From the NCBI RefSeq assembly GCF_009914755.1, contig NC_060926.1: a stretch of 64,000 bases of DNA, one strand, 5' to 3'. Position numbers and translations under genes: made by a program. Origin of the DNA: the human T2T-CHM13v2.0 reference genome, Homo sapiens. The notes under the pieces were generated by a model, which was not told where the DNA came from, ran no database searches, and was given only the letters and a program-made list of their open reading frames with translations. The number at the start of each line of letters is the position of its first letter. Position 1 is the stretch's first letter. Shown here in pieces: positions 14,900 to 31,224 of this stretch.

Positions 14900-16260
14900 T
14901 CCCAAGCTCCTCAGCTCCCAGAGCAGCTTTCATTACGGCAACATAAATAAAAAGTGACATAAAATTATACAGCCCTGTGTAAAGTAGTTTAAGGAAAATG
15001 TCTTTTATGGCAGCTTTTATGGTTTCACCAATTAGTTATTAGATTTTCTCCATTTTTAATTCGCTGTCCTGCATGTGCGTTCTGAAAGGTTTCTTCCCCC
15101 TTTCATCTCTTAGTAGTAACAGGGCTGGGGGGCGTTGAGCCCCTGTTTAGCTGACTTTCTTGTTTCATGAAGGCTTTCATGACAGCCTGTTGCTAGATGT
15201 GGGCAGAGCAAGTCCCTTGGGAGAGAAGCCAGCATTGAGCCATTCTGTGAAGTGAGCAGAGTTTCACCCTCTTCCTGTATGAACACTCAGTGTCCTGTGT
15301 CCCGCTGAGGGTAGCGGCAGGCTGGCTGCAGGATCCCATCACAGCAGGTGGACCTTAAGCTGATAAATCCTGAATTTTTAGTAACTTTCCAAACATTCCT
15401 GGGGAGTGAGAATAACAGAGATTTACTCCTGCCAAAATTTAATCATGCAGAAAAAGCAAAATTTAGAACAGCGTATAGATTATTTTTTAATGCGACTGCT
15501 TGACAGCGGAGAACAAGGAAGTTGAATACTTGGTGCAGCCGAGTCTAGACCGCTGCAATTTGATTCATTTAGGGGAATTGTATTAGGTTTTCATTTTGGC
15601 TTGGGCTGGGCTGTATCTGTTTGGAAGTGCATGATGTCATCGTATCAAGCGTGTCACAGCCAAGGCATTCTGGTATTTATGTTGACTTCAGATCTAGCCC
15701 AGAGTACATGGGAGGCTCAATTTATTGCTACTTTAACTTTGTTTAGTCATGGAGAGGCTTTATTTATGTTGGTAAATTTCAAACAGTGGCCAAAATTAAC
15801 CGCACAATGAAAAGGCCTGCCAGATTAATCATCGATAAATCATCTTGTTGCTGAGTTTCTTTAATTAAGGAAAAACTCCGTCTGTGGATCCCTGTGGTTG
15901 CTGGAAGGAAAGGAGGGTGGGGAGTACTTTGATTAATCCATCTATCAGCCTGGCTTTGGAAAGTGAGTCTCCTGTTTCTGATTGTAGCTGGGCAAAGATC
16001 TAAATAAAAATTTATCTTGTCAAAACCTATGGGCTAACTGAAAGCAAATAAAGAAATTTTATGGCATCCACATAAAGTTAAATAAATAACGAGAAAGCGT
16101 AGTACGTCCTACAGACATTTTTCAGTACAGTACGTGGCTCTGTTCTTTGGGGAGAACTCATTAACTTAAAAAAAGTTACCTTTAATGGGCCACTCGTTAT
16201 CGTCATCATCAAATGCTTCGCTTGTCTAATGTTCCAGTGTTTAATGCCTGATTAAAACTG
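14900..16260. promoter_or_regulatory. Candidate developmental enhancer (homeodomain/TALE motif cluster)
   Basis: No recognisable repeat; TTTTATGG at 15003, 15015 and 16057; TGACAG at 15180 and 15501; GATTAATCATCGATAAATCA at 15823-15842. Function is inferred. Confidence 0.45.
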
Positions 16261-17889
16261 AAGATGGGGGCTCATGGCTTGGTGCTGTTGGAACTACCCA
16301 GGATAGAATGCATGGCAAGTGGGGCTTCTAAAGGGTAAAATATGGACGTTGCAAACAGCACTGCCAGTATCGGGGAGAACTTTTTAAATGGATCCCTCTG
16401 GAAGGTAACTGACCTTCCTGCAACATAATGTTGCAGGGGAGGGCAACAGGGTGAAGCTTTTCGTGTCTGAATGAACAAGGGACTTCATCTCTGGTTGAAC
16501 TTATCTTTCATGTGGGGGCTTCTCTCTGCTGGAAAAAGTCTAGAAAAATATATTGGGATTGAAAACCTCTTTTCATCAAATGTGGTTTAAGCAGACTTCT
16601 CTCTGGGTTCGGTCTCATGGTGGAATGCATTTTATTTCTAGGTTAAAAAAAAGTCCTTGAATCAGACAAAAGACAACAGGTAGTGATGGAGAAGGCCCAT
16701 TCTCATACTAGCACGTGCTTCACAGTATTTGCTTTTTCTTTGTAGGTTATGGAAAGGAGGCTCTCTTGATACCAAGCTTCAGGATCCACCCACAGGAAAA
16801 GGTGATTTCTCAAGTGTCGAGTCTTGGCGTACGATGCATTAGGCAATCAGCCCCTGCCTGTTTGATGGAGTTGTACAATAAACATGGGCTTGGGGGAATC
16901 AAGAACATTTCGAGAAGCATCTCTGGTGGAATCCTGATGCTGGAGGCCTCTACTTTGGGATGTGACATTTTTGGGTTGGCTGACTAAAGCTGTTCCTGGA
17001 GGTCAGCTGGTGGTTTTGCAAGTTCTTGGCTTTTTCCTGCATTCTGTCATTGTGCCTTGACTTTTTTAGTGGGGCGGGATTCCCCATGACTGAGGATGGT
17101 GGTTGTGGTGACGGTGTGAACAGTGAGACTGCCCTCTACCTCAGGTTAGGAGATGTGGGAATGAGACAGAGATGGAGGGGTATGTTCTGGCTTAATCAAC
17201 TGGATCAGCTTCACTAAACTGGGTAGGTTTCAAGCATTCCTAGACACCAAAGCCTACTCCTTAAATCTGCAATGCAATGTTGGTGATTTTAGCCTTCTGG
17301 AAGACCTTTCCTTAGGTTAATGAGACAACAATTTGCTTAAATGTGGGACAATTTCAATATAGAAGTCATAATCTGGGCCATGGAATTTGGTCATAGGTTG
17401 ATAGAAGATTTCTAGCCACTTCATAATAATAACTATATCTTATGCATTTTTTAATCTTCTTCATTAGTTCCAAGATATAGTTTAAGGCTCTCTTGGAGTC
17501 ACCTTAGTTTGCCTTTAGTGCATCAGAAAGGACACTTTGATTTATCCCAGCATGGAGGTCAGAGGTTAACAACAGGACAACAAGCATATACTAAGCTCTT
17601 GCCATGGGTGTAGCAAGTGCGGTGCAGTGTGCAGACTCCATAGAATCCTGTCATGGCCTTTGCCCAGAAGAGGCTTCTGATTTTGCAGAGGTAGGATTTA
17701 TATAACTGTTAGATTGAAAGTGAGGACTTCTGCAGATGCAGTTGTAAAATGTTGTCATCCTTTCCTTCTAAGCCTGGGCTGTGGGGTTAGCTCTCCATTC
17801 CCTGGGTCAGATCTAGAGAAAGTTCCATCACTTTTCTGGCTACTCCAGGATCTTTTGTTTGCAAAAATGTTTGTAATTCAATATTATCA

Positions 17890-18090
17890 CAGTGGTTTTC
17901 AACCCAGGTGGCCCATCAGAATTGCCCGGGCAGCTCTTAAAAAATATTGATGCCTAGGCTACCGCCAAGACCAGTGAAATAAGAATCTTTGGTGATTGGA
18001 AAAAAAAATCTTTGAGGATGAAGCCCAGACATCAGTATTTTTAAAGCTTCCCAGGAATTCCAGATGGATAGACAGGGTTGAGAACCACAG
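17890..18090 (+). mobile_element. MER5-family (hAT-Charlie) element
   Basis: CAGTGGTTTTCAACC...CATCAGAATTGCCCGGG...GGGTTGAGAACCAC terminal inverted repeats. Confidence 0.85.
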
Positions 18091-18780
18091 AAATGAAATG
18101 TGCAATTCCAGATAAATCATGAAAAATTCCAATTCTATTTAAAATGAAAACCTCTCCTGTTCTCTTTCTCTTGCCTACAATTCTGAGTTAGGGAGAAAGA
18201 CTTGGGAAGCCTTGACTTCTCACCTGACCTTACAAGTGTTTTCCTCCTAGCCAGCTTGCTCACCGATGTTGCTGACTGCTCTGAGGTTGGGGTGGGTAGG
18301 AAGGGAGGACAGGTAATGGCTGGGAGGGTCTCATGTGACTGGCATCAATGCCACCTGACATGGCTTCTTCTGGCTGTGGGAGAAGTTTGAAGTTGATTTG
18401 CTTTGGGGACAGAAGTAAAAATTTGTATATTCTTCGGAGATTGCCTTTCATCTCTGGGAGTCTCTTATCTGCAGTTTCTTTGGTTTTCCAGTAATCTGAC
18501 TCACACAGAGAGACTCTGCTGTGTCCCAGTGGCCCCCAGGAGGCCATCTTAGACAAAGTCCCTTAAGAGGGTGCCAGGCTGGCTCTCCCTCAGTCATGCA
18601 GGCCCTCCTCTCCTCTCTCTGCTTTCAGCCCTGCTACCCACCCTTTCCCTTTAGGCTCATTCATCCAGCGTTCTGGCAGTACCCTCTGGTACCGCACAGA
18701 CTTCAGGGGACCTTGAACAAGCTCCATTTTGTCTCCTGGAAGCTCATTCCACCAGGTTTGAGGTGAGGGGAAATACCACT

Positions 18781-19217
18781 TTGGCAGAAACACTAGTTGT
18801 CCCCCAATTTTTTTTTCCATTTTTTTTCCTACAGTGATAGAGTGAGTTTCATCTGCAAACGTGGCTTTTCAGAATAAAGACAACATTTCTCAGTTTCCCT
18901 TACAGCTACCCACCATGAGACTAAACCCATTGTCATGGTACTAAATTCTGATCAATGGCATATTGGGTACATGCAGTGTAGGCAACTTCCAGGAAATATC
19001 TTTAAAAGGAGGTGGCATGGCCTTCTTCTCAACCCGCTTTCCCACTGGATGGAAGGCAGTTGGCTGAGATCTTGGTCGCAGAAGTGGGAGCAGCATGTTG
19101 AGGAGGTTGGGCAGTAGGCAGGAAGCAGCCTGGGCCCCTGATGAGTCATACACACACTGACTACTGAAACTTGCATGTGTGAGAGAAATAAACTTCCATC
19201 TTGTAAAACCCACTATT
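18781..19217 (+). mobile_element. MLT1 (MaLR, MLT1G/H-like) 5' LTR, first part
   Basis: GTGGCTTTTCAGAATAAAGA...CATTTC, CAGGAAATATCTTTAAAAGG, then GTGAGAGAAATAAACTTC...CCACT; interrupted by the KRT18 retrocopy. Confidence 0.75.
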
Positions 19218-19218
19218 T

Positions 19219-20613
19219 GTCACTGGTAAAGCCTGAGTTCTGTCCTCTCTCTCTCCTCCCTGGACAGTATGAGCTTCACCACTCGCTCCACCTTCTCCAC
19301 CAACTACCAGTCCCTGGGCTCTGTCCAGGTGCCCAGCTAAGACGCTCGGCCAGTCAGCAGCATGACCAGTATCTCTGCAGGGGCTGGGGGCTCTGGTTCC
19401 CAGATCTCCATGTCCCCCTCCACCAGCTTCTGGGGTGGCATGGGGTCTGGGGCCCTGGCCGTGGGGATGGCCAGGGTTCTGGCAGGATGGAAGACATCCA
19501 GAACAAGAAGGAGACCATGCAAAGCCTGAATGACTGCCTGGCCTCCTACCTGGACAGAGTGAGGAGACTGGATACCAAGAATCGGAAGCTGGAGAGCAAA
19601 ATCCGGGAGCACCTGGAGAAGAAGGGACCCCAAGTCAGAGACTGGAGCCATTACTTCAAGACCGTGGAGGACCTGAGGGCTCAGATCTTCGCAAATACTG
19701 TGGACAATGCCCGCATCGTTCTGCAAGTCGACAATGCCCATCTTGCTGATGACTTTAGAGTCAAGTATGTGACAGAGCTGGCCATGCGCCAGTCTATGGA
19801 GAGCGACATCCATGGGCTCCGCAAGGTCATTGATGACACCAATGTCACTCGGCTGCAGCTGGAAACAGAGATCGAGGCTCTCAAGGAGGAGCTGCTCTTC
19901 ATGAAGAAGAACGAAGAAGGGGAAATAAAAGGCCTACAAGCCCAGATTGCCAGCTCTGGGTTGACTGTGGAGGTAGATATCCCCAAATCTCAGGACCTTG
20001 CCAAGCTCATGGCAGACATCTGGGCCCAATATGACGAGCTGGCTCGGAAGAGCCAAGAGGAGCTGGGCAAGTACTGGTCTCAGCAGATTGAGGAGAGTAT
20101 CACAGTAGTCACCATGCAGTCCACCGAGGTTGGAGCTGCTGAGATGATGCTCATGGAGCTGCTTGGAGATCAACCTGGACTCCATGAGAAATCTGAAGGC
20201 TAGCTTGGAGAATGGCCTGAGGGAGGTGCAGGCCCGCTATGCCCTGCAGATGGAGCAGTTCAACAGGATCCTGCTGCACCTGGAGTCAGAGCTGGCACAG
20301 ACCTGGGCAGAGGGACAGTGCCAGGCCCAGGAGTACGAGGCCCTGCTGAGCATCAGGGTCAAGCTGGAGGCTGAGATCGCCACCTACCACCACCTGCTGG
20401 AAGATGTGAGGACTTCAATCTTAGCGATGCCCTGGACAGCATCAACTCCACGCAAACTATGCAAAAGACCACCACCTGCCGGATAGTGGATGGCAAAGTG
20501 GGGTCTGAGACCAACAACACCAAAGTTCTGAGACATTAAGTCAGCAGAACCCGGGGACCCTTTGGGGAGGAGGAGGCCGATGAAAAGTTCAGAGGTTTAA
20601 AAAAAAAAAAAAA
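19219..20613 (+). pseudogene. KRT18P: Processed (intronless) keratin 18 pseudogene
   Basis: KRT18-like 5' UTR; ATG at 19269 (MSFTTRSTFSTNY); premature TAA at codon 24 (19338-19340); frameshifts near 19486, 20161 (about 17-bp deletion) and 20407; rod peptides LNDCLASYLDRVR and KLEAEIATYHHLLE; original stop 20537-20539; poly-A signal decayed to GATGAA; poly-A 20599-20613. The KRT18P number cannot be assigned from sequence alone. Confidence 0.97.
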
Positions 20614-22335
<1,722 letters not shown>

Positions 22336-22341
22336 TTGTGG

Positions 22342-22630
22342 GGCTAGGCACAGTGGCTCATATCTGTAATCTCAGAACTTTGGGAGGCCAAGGAGAGAGG
22401 ATTGCTTGAGCCCAGGAGTTTGAGACCAGCTTGGGCAGCATAGTGAGATCCCCTCTCTACAAAAAACTAAAAAGTAGCCGAGCATAGTGATGTTAACCTG
22501 TAGTTCCAGCTACTTGGGAGTCTGAGGTGGGAGGATTGTATGAGTCTGAGAGGTTGAGGCTGAAGTGAGCAATGATGATGCAACTGCACTCCACCCTGGG
22601 TGACAGAGCGAGACCTTATCTCAAGAAAAA
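22342..22630 (+). mobile_element. AluJ
   Basis: GAGGATTGCTTGAGCCCAGGAGTTTG and GAGGTTGAGGCTG J-type features; TSD AAAGAGGT(A/G)GATT(G/A)TGG (22325-22341 / 22631-22647). Confidence 0.93.
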
Positions 22631-22642
22631 AAAGAGGTGGAT

Positions 22643-23010
22643 TATGGAAGAAACACCTAGTTTCCTCACTGTATCTTCCACAGTGATGTAGCCTTAGACT
22701 TTTGGCTGGGCATGTGGCTTTTCAGAATAAAGATTACATTTCCCAGTCCTCCTTGTAACTGGGGTTAGTTATGTTACTCAGTTCTGGCCAGTGGGCTGTA
22801 AAGACTGTGTGTGCAGTGTTCAGGAAGTATCCTTAAAAGGTCTTAGACCTTTCTCCTTTCAACTTTCTTACTGGTGGGAATGTGGATAGATTCACCATAT
22901 CAGCCTTGAGCCATTACTTTAGATATTTACATGAGAGAGGAATACAGTTCTTTCTCTTAGAAGTCATTTGTTTTGTGTTTTCTTTCACTTGCAGTTGAAT
23001 CCAATCCTGT
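22643..23010 (+). mobile_element. MLT1 3' LTR
   Basis: Shares GTGGCTTTTCAGAATAAAGA, ACAGTGAT and CAGGAA.TATC.TTAAAAGG in the same order as the LTR at 18781. Confidence 0.75.
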
Positions 23011-23144
23011 GAGGGGACATTAAGACAGAAAGCACACTAATAGGAGAATGAAAACATCTATTTCCCAGGTTGCTCAATTTCAACATTTTATACCATTAAG
23101 GACAATGGTCACAAAACTGTTTCTCAGACCATTTTTTCCCCATT

Positions 23145-23311
23145 TTTTAGAAGTTTTATTTTGTTTTTAATTGACGCAATAATTGTGCTTATTTACGGAG
23201 CACAGTGTGATGTTTTGATACATGTATACATTGTGTAATGATCAAATCAGGATAATTACCATATCCATCACCTCAAACACATCATTTCTTTGTGGTGAGA
23301 ACATTCAAAAT
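23145..23311 (-). mobile_element. L1MA-like 3' end
   Basis: GATACATGTATACATTGTGTAATGATCAAATCAGG...CATATCCATCACCTCAAACA...GTGAGAACATTCAAAAT. Confidence 0.85.
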
Positions 23312-23649
23312 TGTGAGACCTTTTCCTTGGGATTCTTGCATAGATGGTTTAACATTTTGCTTTGGAAAGTGAGGATAGCTGACACCTATTTTCCAGGTGC
23401 CCTAGAGGAGTTAGAAAGAGTTCCATTTTAACATCCTGTTATAATCATGTATATAAACTAATAGTTCCAGAATATGCACACTATAGTTAAATGACAGCAT
23501 GTGTGTTATAGACTACAAATGCTCAAGGAATACAGAGAATGGATACATTATTGTAGGCTGGCCTAGTTAGAGAAGTTTCTGAGGTGTGACAGACTTGAAA
23601 TGGAGGGAATGAAGGTCTGTGATAAAAGACAAGAGAGTGTGCCAGGTAG

Positions 23650-23680
23650 GTGTGTGTGTGTATGTGTGTGTGTGTGTGTA
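23650..23680. repeat. (TG)n microsatellite
   Basis: Directly visible. Confidence 0.9.
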
Positions 23681-24169
23681 GGGGTGAGGCAGTTCAGACT
23701 GCACAGGTAAAAGCACTGAAGTAGGAATGTGCATAGTTCACATGGGGCCCTTTGTTTGGATCTTTATAGTTCTTGGTAAAACTTGATCTCTATCCACTTC
23801 CTTGATTTTTCTTCTCCTTTGTCTTTCAGGGTTGATTTATGACTGCAGGATGGTGTCTTGACCACCTACTGCCTTTATTGATGGAAAGTAACACCCCTCA
23901 AAGAACCTTCCATGTATTTATGGGTGTTTTTCAGGAATGGAAGACACCACTGTCTGCTTTTCCCAAATTCATTCCCCCATCCAACCCCAACACCAGTACA
24001 TGTCCCCAAGTCCAGGTATTTTCCTGCTCACAGACCACAGTTTTGTTTGGGTATCAGGCAGCTGCATTGTTCAGGAAGCTTAGACCCCACTCACATAAAG
24101 AGAGAGCATCTTATTCCTGTAAGCCAAGCAAGGGAATCTTGTTTCCCTGTTGGTAGAGGAACTTGGCAT

Positions 24170-24520
24170 GTAGTACAATTCTGGCTCATGAGTTGCAAGG
24201 AGGACTGGAGAAACAGGGTGCTTCTGGGAAAGTTATCTTTGCCAGGGATACAAGGAAGGGGTGTTCTGTCTTACGTGTTGTGTGAGCTTGTGATGCCTAA
24301 AATATCCACAGTCATCTGGCCACAGAAGGGACAGCCTGAGACAAAAGCCAACATGCCTGGGAGAGGAGAGCAGAAAGAAAGTCCCTGGGTCTTTAATGGT
24401 GTCATTGGATTGAGAACCACCCAACTCTGAAATTGCTTGACTTCCAGACTCTTTGTTACCTGAAAAAATAACCCCCTTTTATTGATTAAGCCATTTTAGC
24501 TTGGTTCATTTTTATTTGGT
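24170..24520 (+). mobile_element. Old MLT1 (J/K-like) LTR
   Basis: ACTTCCAGACTCTTTGTTACCTGAAAAAATAACCCC...TTAAGCCATTTTAG LTR 3' signature. Confidence 0.6.
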
Positions 24521-25021
24521 GGATATGCCAGAGTGTGGCTCCCTGTTCAGAAATAGCCTCAGTTCTTCTCCCATCAAGGGTGCTATTTGGCAGCTTCTGC
24601 TCCTCATACCACCTGAACAGAGGTCACCAGGGCTCCTCCTGCTGGGGAGACCTTTGCAACCACTATATTGACCTCAGGGGAAACAGACCCAGCTGTTACT
24701 GTTGACACTTCATTATAAGCATGGGATTAGTCTTTCCAGGAATTATCACTTGTAATTCCTGACAATGCAGCAGAGCCTGGGATGTAACTTTTAACAAGAC
24801 TTCCCAGAAGGTTCGAGGTTGATGGAGGGGAAGTGCATATGCACAGTAGCTCACAGCTGAGGCATGCATGGCTCAGGCCATCTTCAGGGTGTCTTGGCAG
24901 CCTAGCTCCCAGTCTTACTACTGCTTTGTCTGGGGCAACTTAGCTAACTCCTCACCCCCTGCTCCCTGTACCCTGCTTCTGCCCCCAGAGAGAGTAGAAA
25001 GATTTCCCTCACACTAGTCCT

Positions 25022-25185
25022 TGGGCTGTGCAAAGTGTGGTCCAAGGACTGGCAGCATCAGCATCACCTGGGAAGTTATGAGAAATGCAGAATCATAGGC
25101 CCTGCCCTAGACCCACTGAAACATAATCTGTATTTTAATAAGGCTTCTAGGCAATTTCTAAGAACATTAAAGTTTAAGAAGTTAT
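25022..25185 (+). mobile_element. MER5A-family element
   Basis: CAAAGTGTGGTCC...GCAGCATCAGCATCACCTGGGAAGTTATGAGAAATGCAGAATC...AAAGTTTAAGAA. Confidence 0.85.
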
Positions 25186-25449
25186 CCTAGTCTAAGGCTT
25201 GCCTCTCACGCCTTCATTTCCTATTGCAGGTTTCAACTCTAGCTGGGATGACTGACTATGGGGACTTTTTTTTTTTTTTCAGGGGAAACTGCATCCTCAT
25301 AGTGATTGTGGACTTTTGGGCTCAACAAGACACTCGTGCAACCCCAACACCAGTACATAGTCTCAAATCCAGGCTGGTCAGTTTTAAAAAATGGTCACTA
25401 TGTGGCATCAAAAGCCCAGTCCAGGTGGGGGTTAAGCCTGTTCCTTTTT

Positions 25450-26625
25450 TTTTTCAGTTTTCTTAAATTATAAAAGTAACATTAAAATATTAACATTTAA
25501 GACAAAGGTGAATTTTATATAAGTTGATATTACCTTCTCTACATACATATATATTTAATTTTTACATATTTGATTTAATATTTAATGATTCAATTTTATA
25601 TTCTACACTTTCATTCAATATTACACTGAGATAGGCTTCCATTCTGTTATTCATTTTTTCTTTCCCATAGCTTGTATTTGCTCATTCTTACATCCCTGAG
25701 ATAATTAATGTTAAAAACTTGATTCACATTTTTGCATACCTTTCTCCATCCTCATGCAAATATATGCACACATGTATATGCCATTTTTTTGGGGTCAGTT
25801 TCTCTTTTCTTACAAAAGAAATTATATTAAGCATTTATATCAGGTTGGTTTTTTCCCCCTTAACCATTAAATGGTAGTCTCTCCAGGTCAGTAGGCACAG
25901 AGATAACTCCTAATAGCTGCATAATATTCCTTAGTATGGATGTATTATAACTGATGCAACCCTTTTCTCTTACTAATGAACATTCAGGTTGCTCTGGTCA
26001 TATGTTTCCTTACACAAAGGGTCTTATATATTCCATACTTTTACCTCTAAAGACAGATGCCTGTAAGTAATATTGTTGGGTCAAAGGATATAAGTTAGAG
26101 TAAGCTAACTGCTATAACAAATAGACCCTCGAATATATCATATTTCAAACATAATAAAAGTAAAATAGTCCACATTAGTTTCAGGTACTCAGAGGTCTCT
26201 GCTACACATAATCACTCCGGGTTCAGGCCACAGGGGCTTTGCCACCTTCAACAAGTGAATGTAGTGTCATACCTGAGCTAGGACTCAGTTGTCTGCTACA
26301 GAGGAATCTGGAAAATGTAGTGTAGGTGTGCCCAGAACAAAAGGAAACAATTTTTTGAATAGTTAGTTTCTGCTACAAAGGGTCAATGAATATTTAATTT
26401 AAATATATATTACCAAGTTGCTTTTACAAATGGTGGTAACAGTTTGCATTCCCACTAGCAATATATGAAAGAGTCCATAATCTGGAATTCTTGCTGGTGC
26501 TGGATGGTATCATTCTTTAAATCTTTCCAAATCTGATGGATGAATAATGGTATTGCTTTAATTTGCATTTTCTTGATTATTACTGGTTAAGTGTCTTTTC
26601 ACAAGTTTAACAGTCATCTGGTTAA
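25450..26625 (-). mobile_element. Degraded L1ME-like sequence with an MLT1-like insert at about 26090-26380
   Basis: TTTGCATTCCCACTAGCAATATATGA and TTTAATTTGCATTTTCTTGATTA (antisense L1); CTGCTATAACAAA (antisense MaLR LTR end). Confidence 0.6.
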
Positions 26626-26684
26626 TTTGTTTCTTTCCTACCTGTTCTATGTTCCCTTTTGTCTCCTTTCTTGCCTTCTTTTGA

Positions 26685-27011
<327 letters not shown>

Positions 27012-27140
27012 TGGATTATTTTTTATTATTCTACTTTTCCCCTCTCTTAGTTTGCTAATTTTACATTTTGTTTTTGTACTCTTTTAGAGGTTATCCTAGA
27101 ATGTAAACATATCTCCTAGACTTATGAAAGTCTAATATAC

Positions 27141-27558
27141 TGTTTCAGGTTGGATCTCCCAGGAGACAGACTTTGAGATGTAGTTATTGTTCAGAAAGTT
27201 TACTGGGGGAAATGTTCTTGGCTTAACACCAGTGGAAGGGAAGGAAAGGAAGCAGGTTTGTTAAAGAGAGAAGTTGGATTGTGCTGCAATTAGAATGAAA
27301 GACTGAAGCTCTCTCCAGGGAACCTTGGAAGTGGGGATGGCTTTTCAGCATTGTCTTGAGTTTGGGTGAGGGGCCAGGCTTTTATATCCACACATTGAGC
27401 AGTTATTGGATGTAGGCCGCCTTGGGAAGGGGGCTTGTCACTGGGCAAGGTGGCCCTTTTCAGCTGATGGCAACTCCTAAAGAGAGGTGACAGCTGAGGG
27501 AGTAAGTCCCTATGTCTTGAGGGGGAGGTCTGACTGGCAGAGGTTAGATTACACTACA
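27141..27558 (-). mobile_element. LTR16-family (ERVL) solo LTR
   Basis: TG...CA termini; CAGACTTTGAGATG...GAAAGTTTACTGGGGG...GGAAGCAGG...GGGGCCAGGCTTTTATA. Confidence 0.75.
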
Positions 27559-27559
27559 T

Positions 27560-28915
27560 GTAAAACAGTACTTTTACCTCCACCCAAGCAATTCAAGGAC
27601 CTTAGAACACTTTAACTTCATTTGACTTCTGATTTTTATTACTATTGTCATTTATATTTATTCTGTGTATATTTTAACTGCCATGACATGATTATTACAG
27701 TTTTTACATTATATATTCATTTATGTTTACCCACATACCTTTTCTGTGGCTCTTAATTCTTTCTGCATTTCTAAGCTCCATTTGAGATCCTTTTCATCTT
27801 CTCCAAGAACCCTCTTTAGAATTTCCTTTGGTACAGATCTACTGGCAATACATTATTTCAACGTTTCTTTGTCTTAAAACACCTTTATTTCACTCTTTCT
27901 TTAGGGATATTTTCACTGGTATAGACTTCCAGGCTGGCAATTATTTCCTTTCCTCTGAAAATGCCATTATATTGCCTTCATTCTTGAAGTTTATTTTCTC
28001 TGCATGTGGAATTCTTGGTTGATAGCTTTCTGTTCCAGCACTTTCAGTGTTTTACCGACGTCTCTGTCAGTTTCAAGTGAGAAGTTCGTGATATTTTGAA
28101 TCATTGTTTAGCCGTGTGTTTTGTGTTCTTTTCTTTTGTTGTTATCAAGATTTTCTCTTTATCTTTGGTATTCAGCAGTTTGAGTCTGATGATATTAATC
28201 ATTTTGTGTGTGTATGTCCTGCTCATGAATCATTGAGTTTCTTGAGTCTGTAAATTTATGTATTTCGCTAAACTTGGAAAATAATTGGAAATTATTTCTT
28301 TATTGTTTATGTCCTATTGTCTCCTTCTTCTTCTTCTGGGATCCAGTTATATGTATGTTGGACATTTTGATATCATCCCACAGGTATTCAAAGCTCATAT
28401 TCTTAGCTAGAATCTGCCCCGTGGTTGTGTGCTTTGGGCGTTAGCCAGAGATTTGGGCAGTTTAAACACAGAAATTGTGGTCATTCTTTCTGACTGTATC
28501 CTTTCTGAGATTTCCCTCTCCCTTCCAGTGGCTGATTATCGTGAACTCTGTCTTCTGCTTTTTTCAAGCTGGTGAGGTAGAGATTTTCTGTTGAAGTTCT
28601 ATCAGAACCACAGTGTGCAGCACTGACTTTGGCCTACACTCAGGCAAAATGCTGTAAAAATGGGCAACTCACCCTGTGCTGTTCCTTTTTTCCAAGTGTC
28701 TACTTTCTTTCACAATTTACCTGTCTTTGTTTACTTTCCAGTGTCATCAGGTTTTTATTTTTTCTAATTTTGTCCAGAGTTTACAGTTGTGATATGTGGG
28801 AAATCTGGGTATGGTAGCAGCTACTTTACCATATTGGAAGTGGAAGCCCAGTTGTTCTTTTTTTCAGCAGTTTGCAAGCATCATTCCATTGTCTCCTGGC
28901 TTTGTGAAGCATGTT
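27560..28915 (-). mobile_element. Old L1M fragments
   Basis: T-rich antisense L1 motifs (GATATTTTCACTGGTATAGA, TCAAGATTTTCTCTTTATCTTTGG, CTTCTGGGATCC). Confidence 0.65.
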
Positions 28916-28920
28916 CACTA

Positions 28921-30755
<1,835 letters not shown>

Positions 30756-30911
30756 CATCAGTTTTTTTTTTTTTTTTAATCTCAAGGGGTTTAGTGTCAT
30801 GGAGGGAAATTTTTTTTTTTCTCATGAGGGGTTTTACATGAGAAAAAAAATTTGTTAATTTTCAAAGCTTATTATGAGAACAAAAGAGAATCAAAAGGAG
30901 AAGACACAGGA

Positions 30912-31224
30912 TGGTTGTTCCTTGGTATCCTTGGGGGATTGGTTCCAGGACCCCTGCAGATAACCAAAATCTGTGGACGCTCAACTCCCCTACATAAAAT
31001 GGCATACTATTTGCATGTAGCCTACGTACAAACATCTTTCTGTTTACTTTAAATCATCTCTAGGTTATTTAGAATACCTAGTATAATGTAAATGATGTGT
31101 AAATAGTTGCTATACTATATTATTTTACAGTTTGTATTTTAAACAATTATTTTTCTTGAATATTTTTGAGCCTTGATTGGTTGAATGCACAGATGCAGAA
31201 CTCATGAATATGGAGGGCTGACTG
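30912..31224 (+). mobile_element. MER2 (TcMar-Tigger) DNA transposon
   Basis: GGTATCCTTGGGGGATTGGTTCCAGGACCCC...GAATATGGAGGGCTGACTG followed by TA. Confidence 0.9.

Noticed and set aside
19175-20203. 342-aa ORF as a functional keratin gene
   Set aside because: It starts at a non-ATG codon in LTR sequence, and its first 100 or so codons are mostly the wrong frame of the KRT18 head. The locus is intronless with a premature stop and frameshifts.
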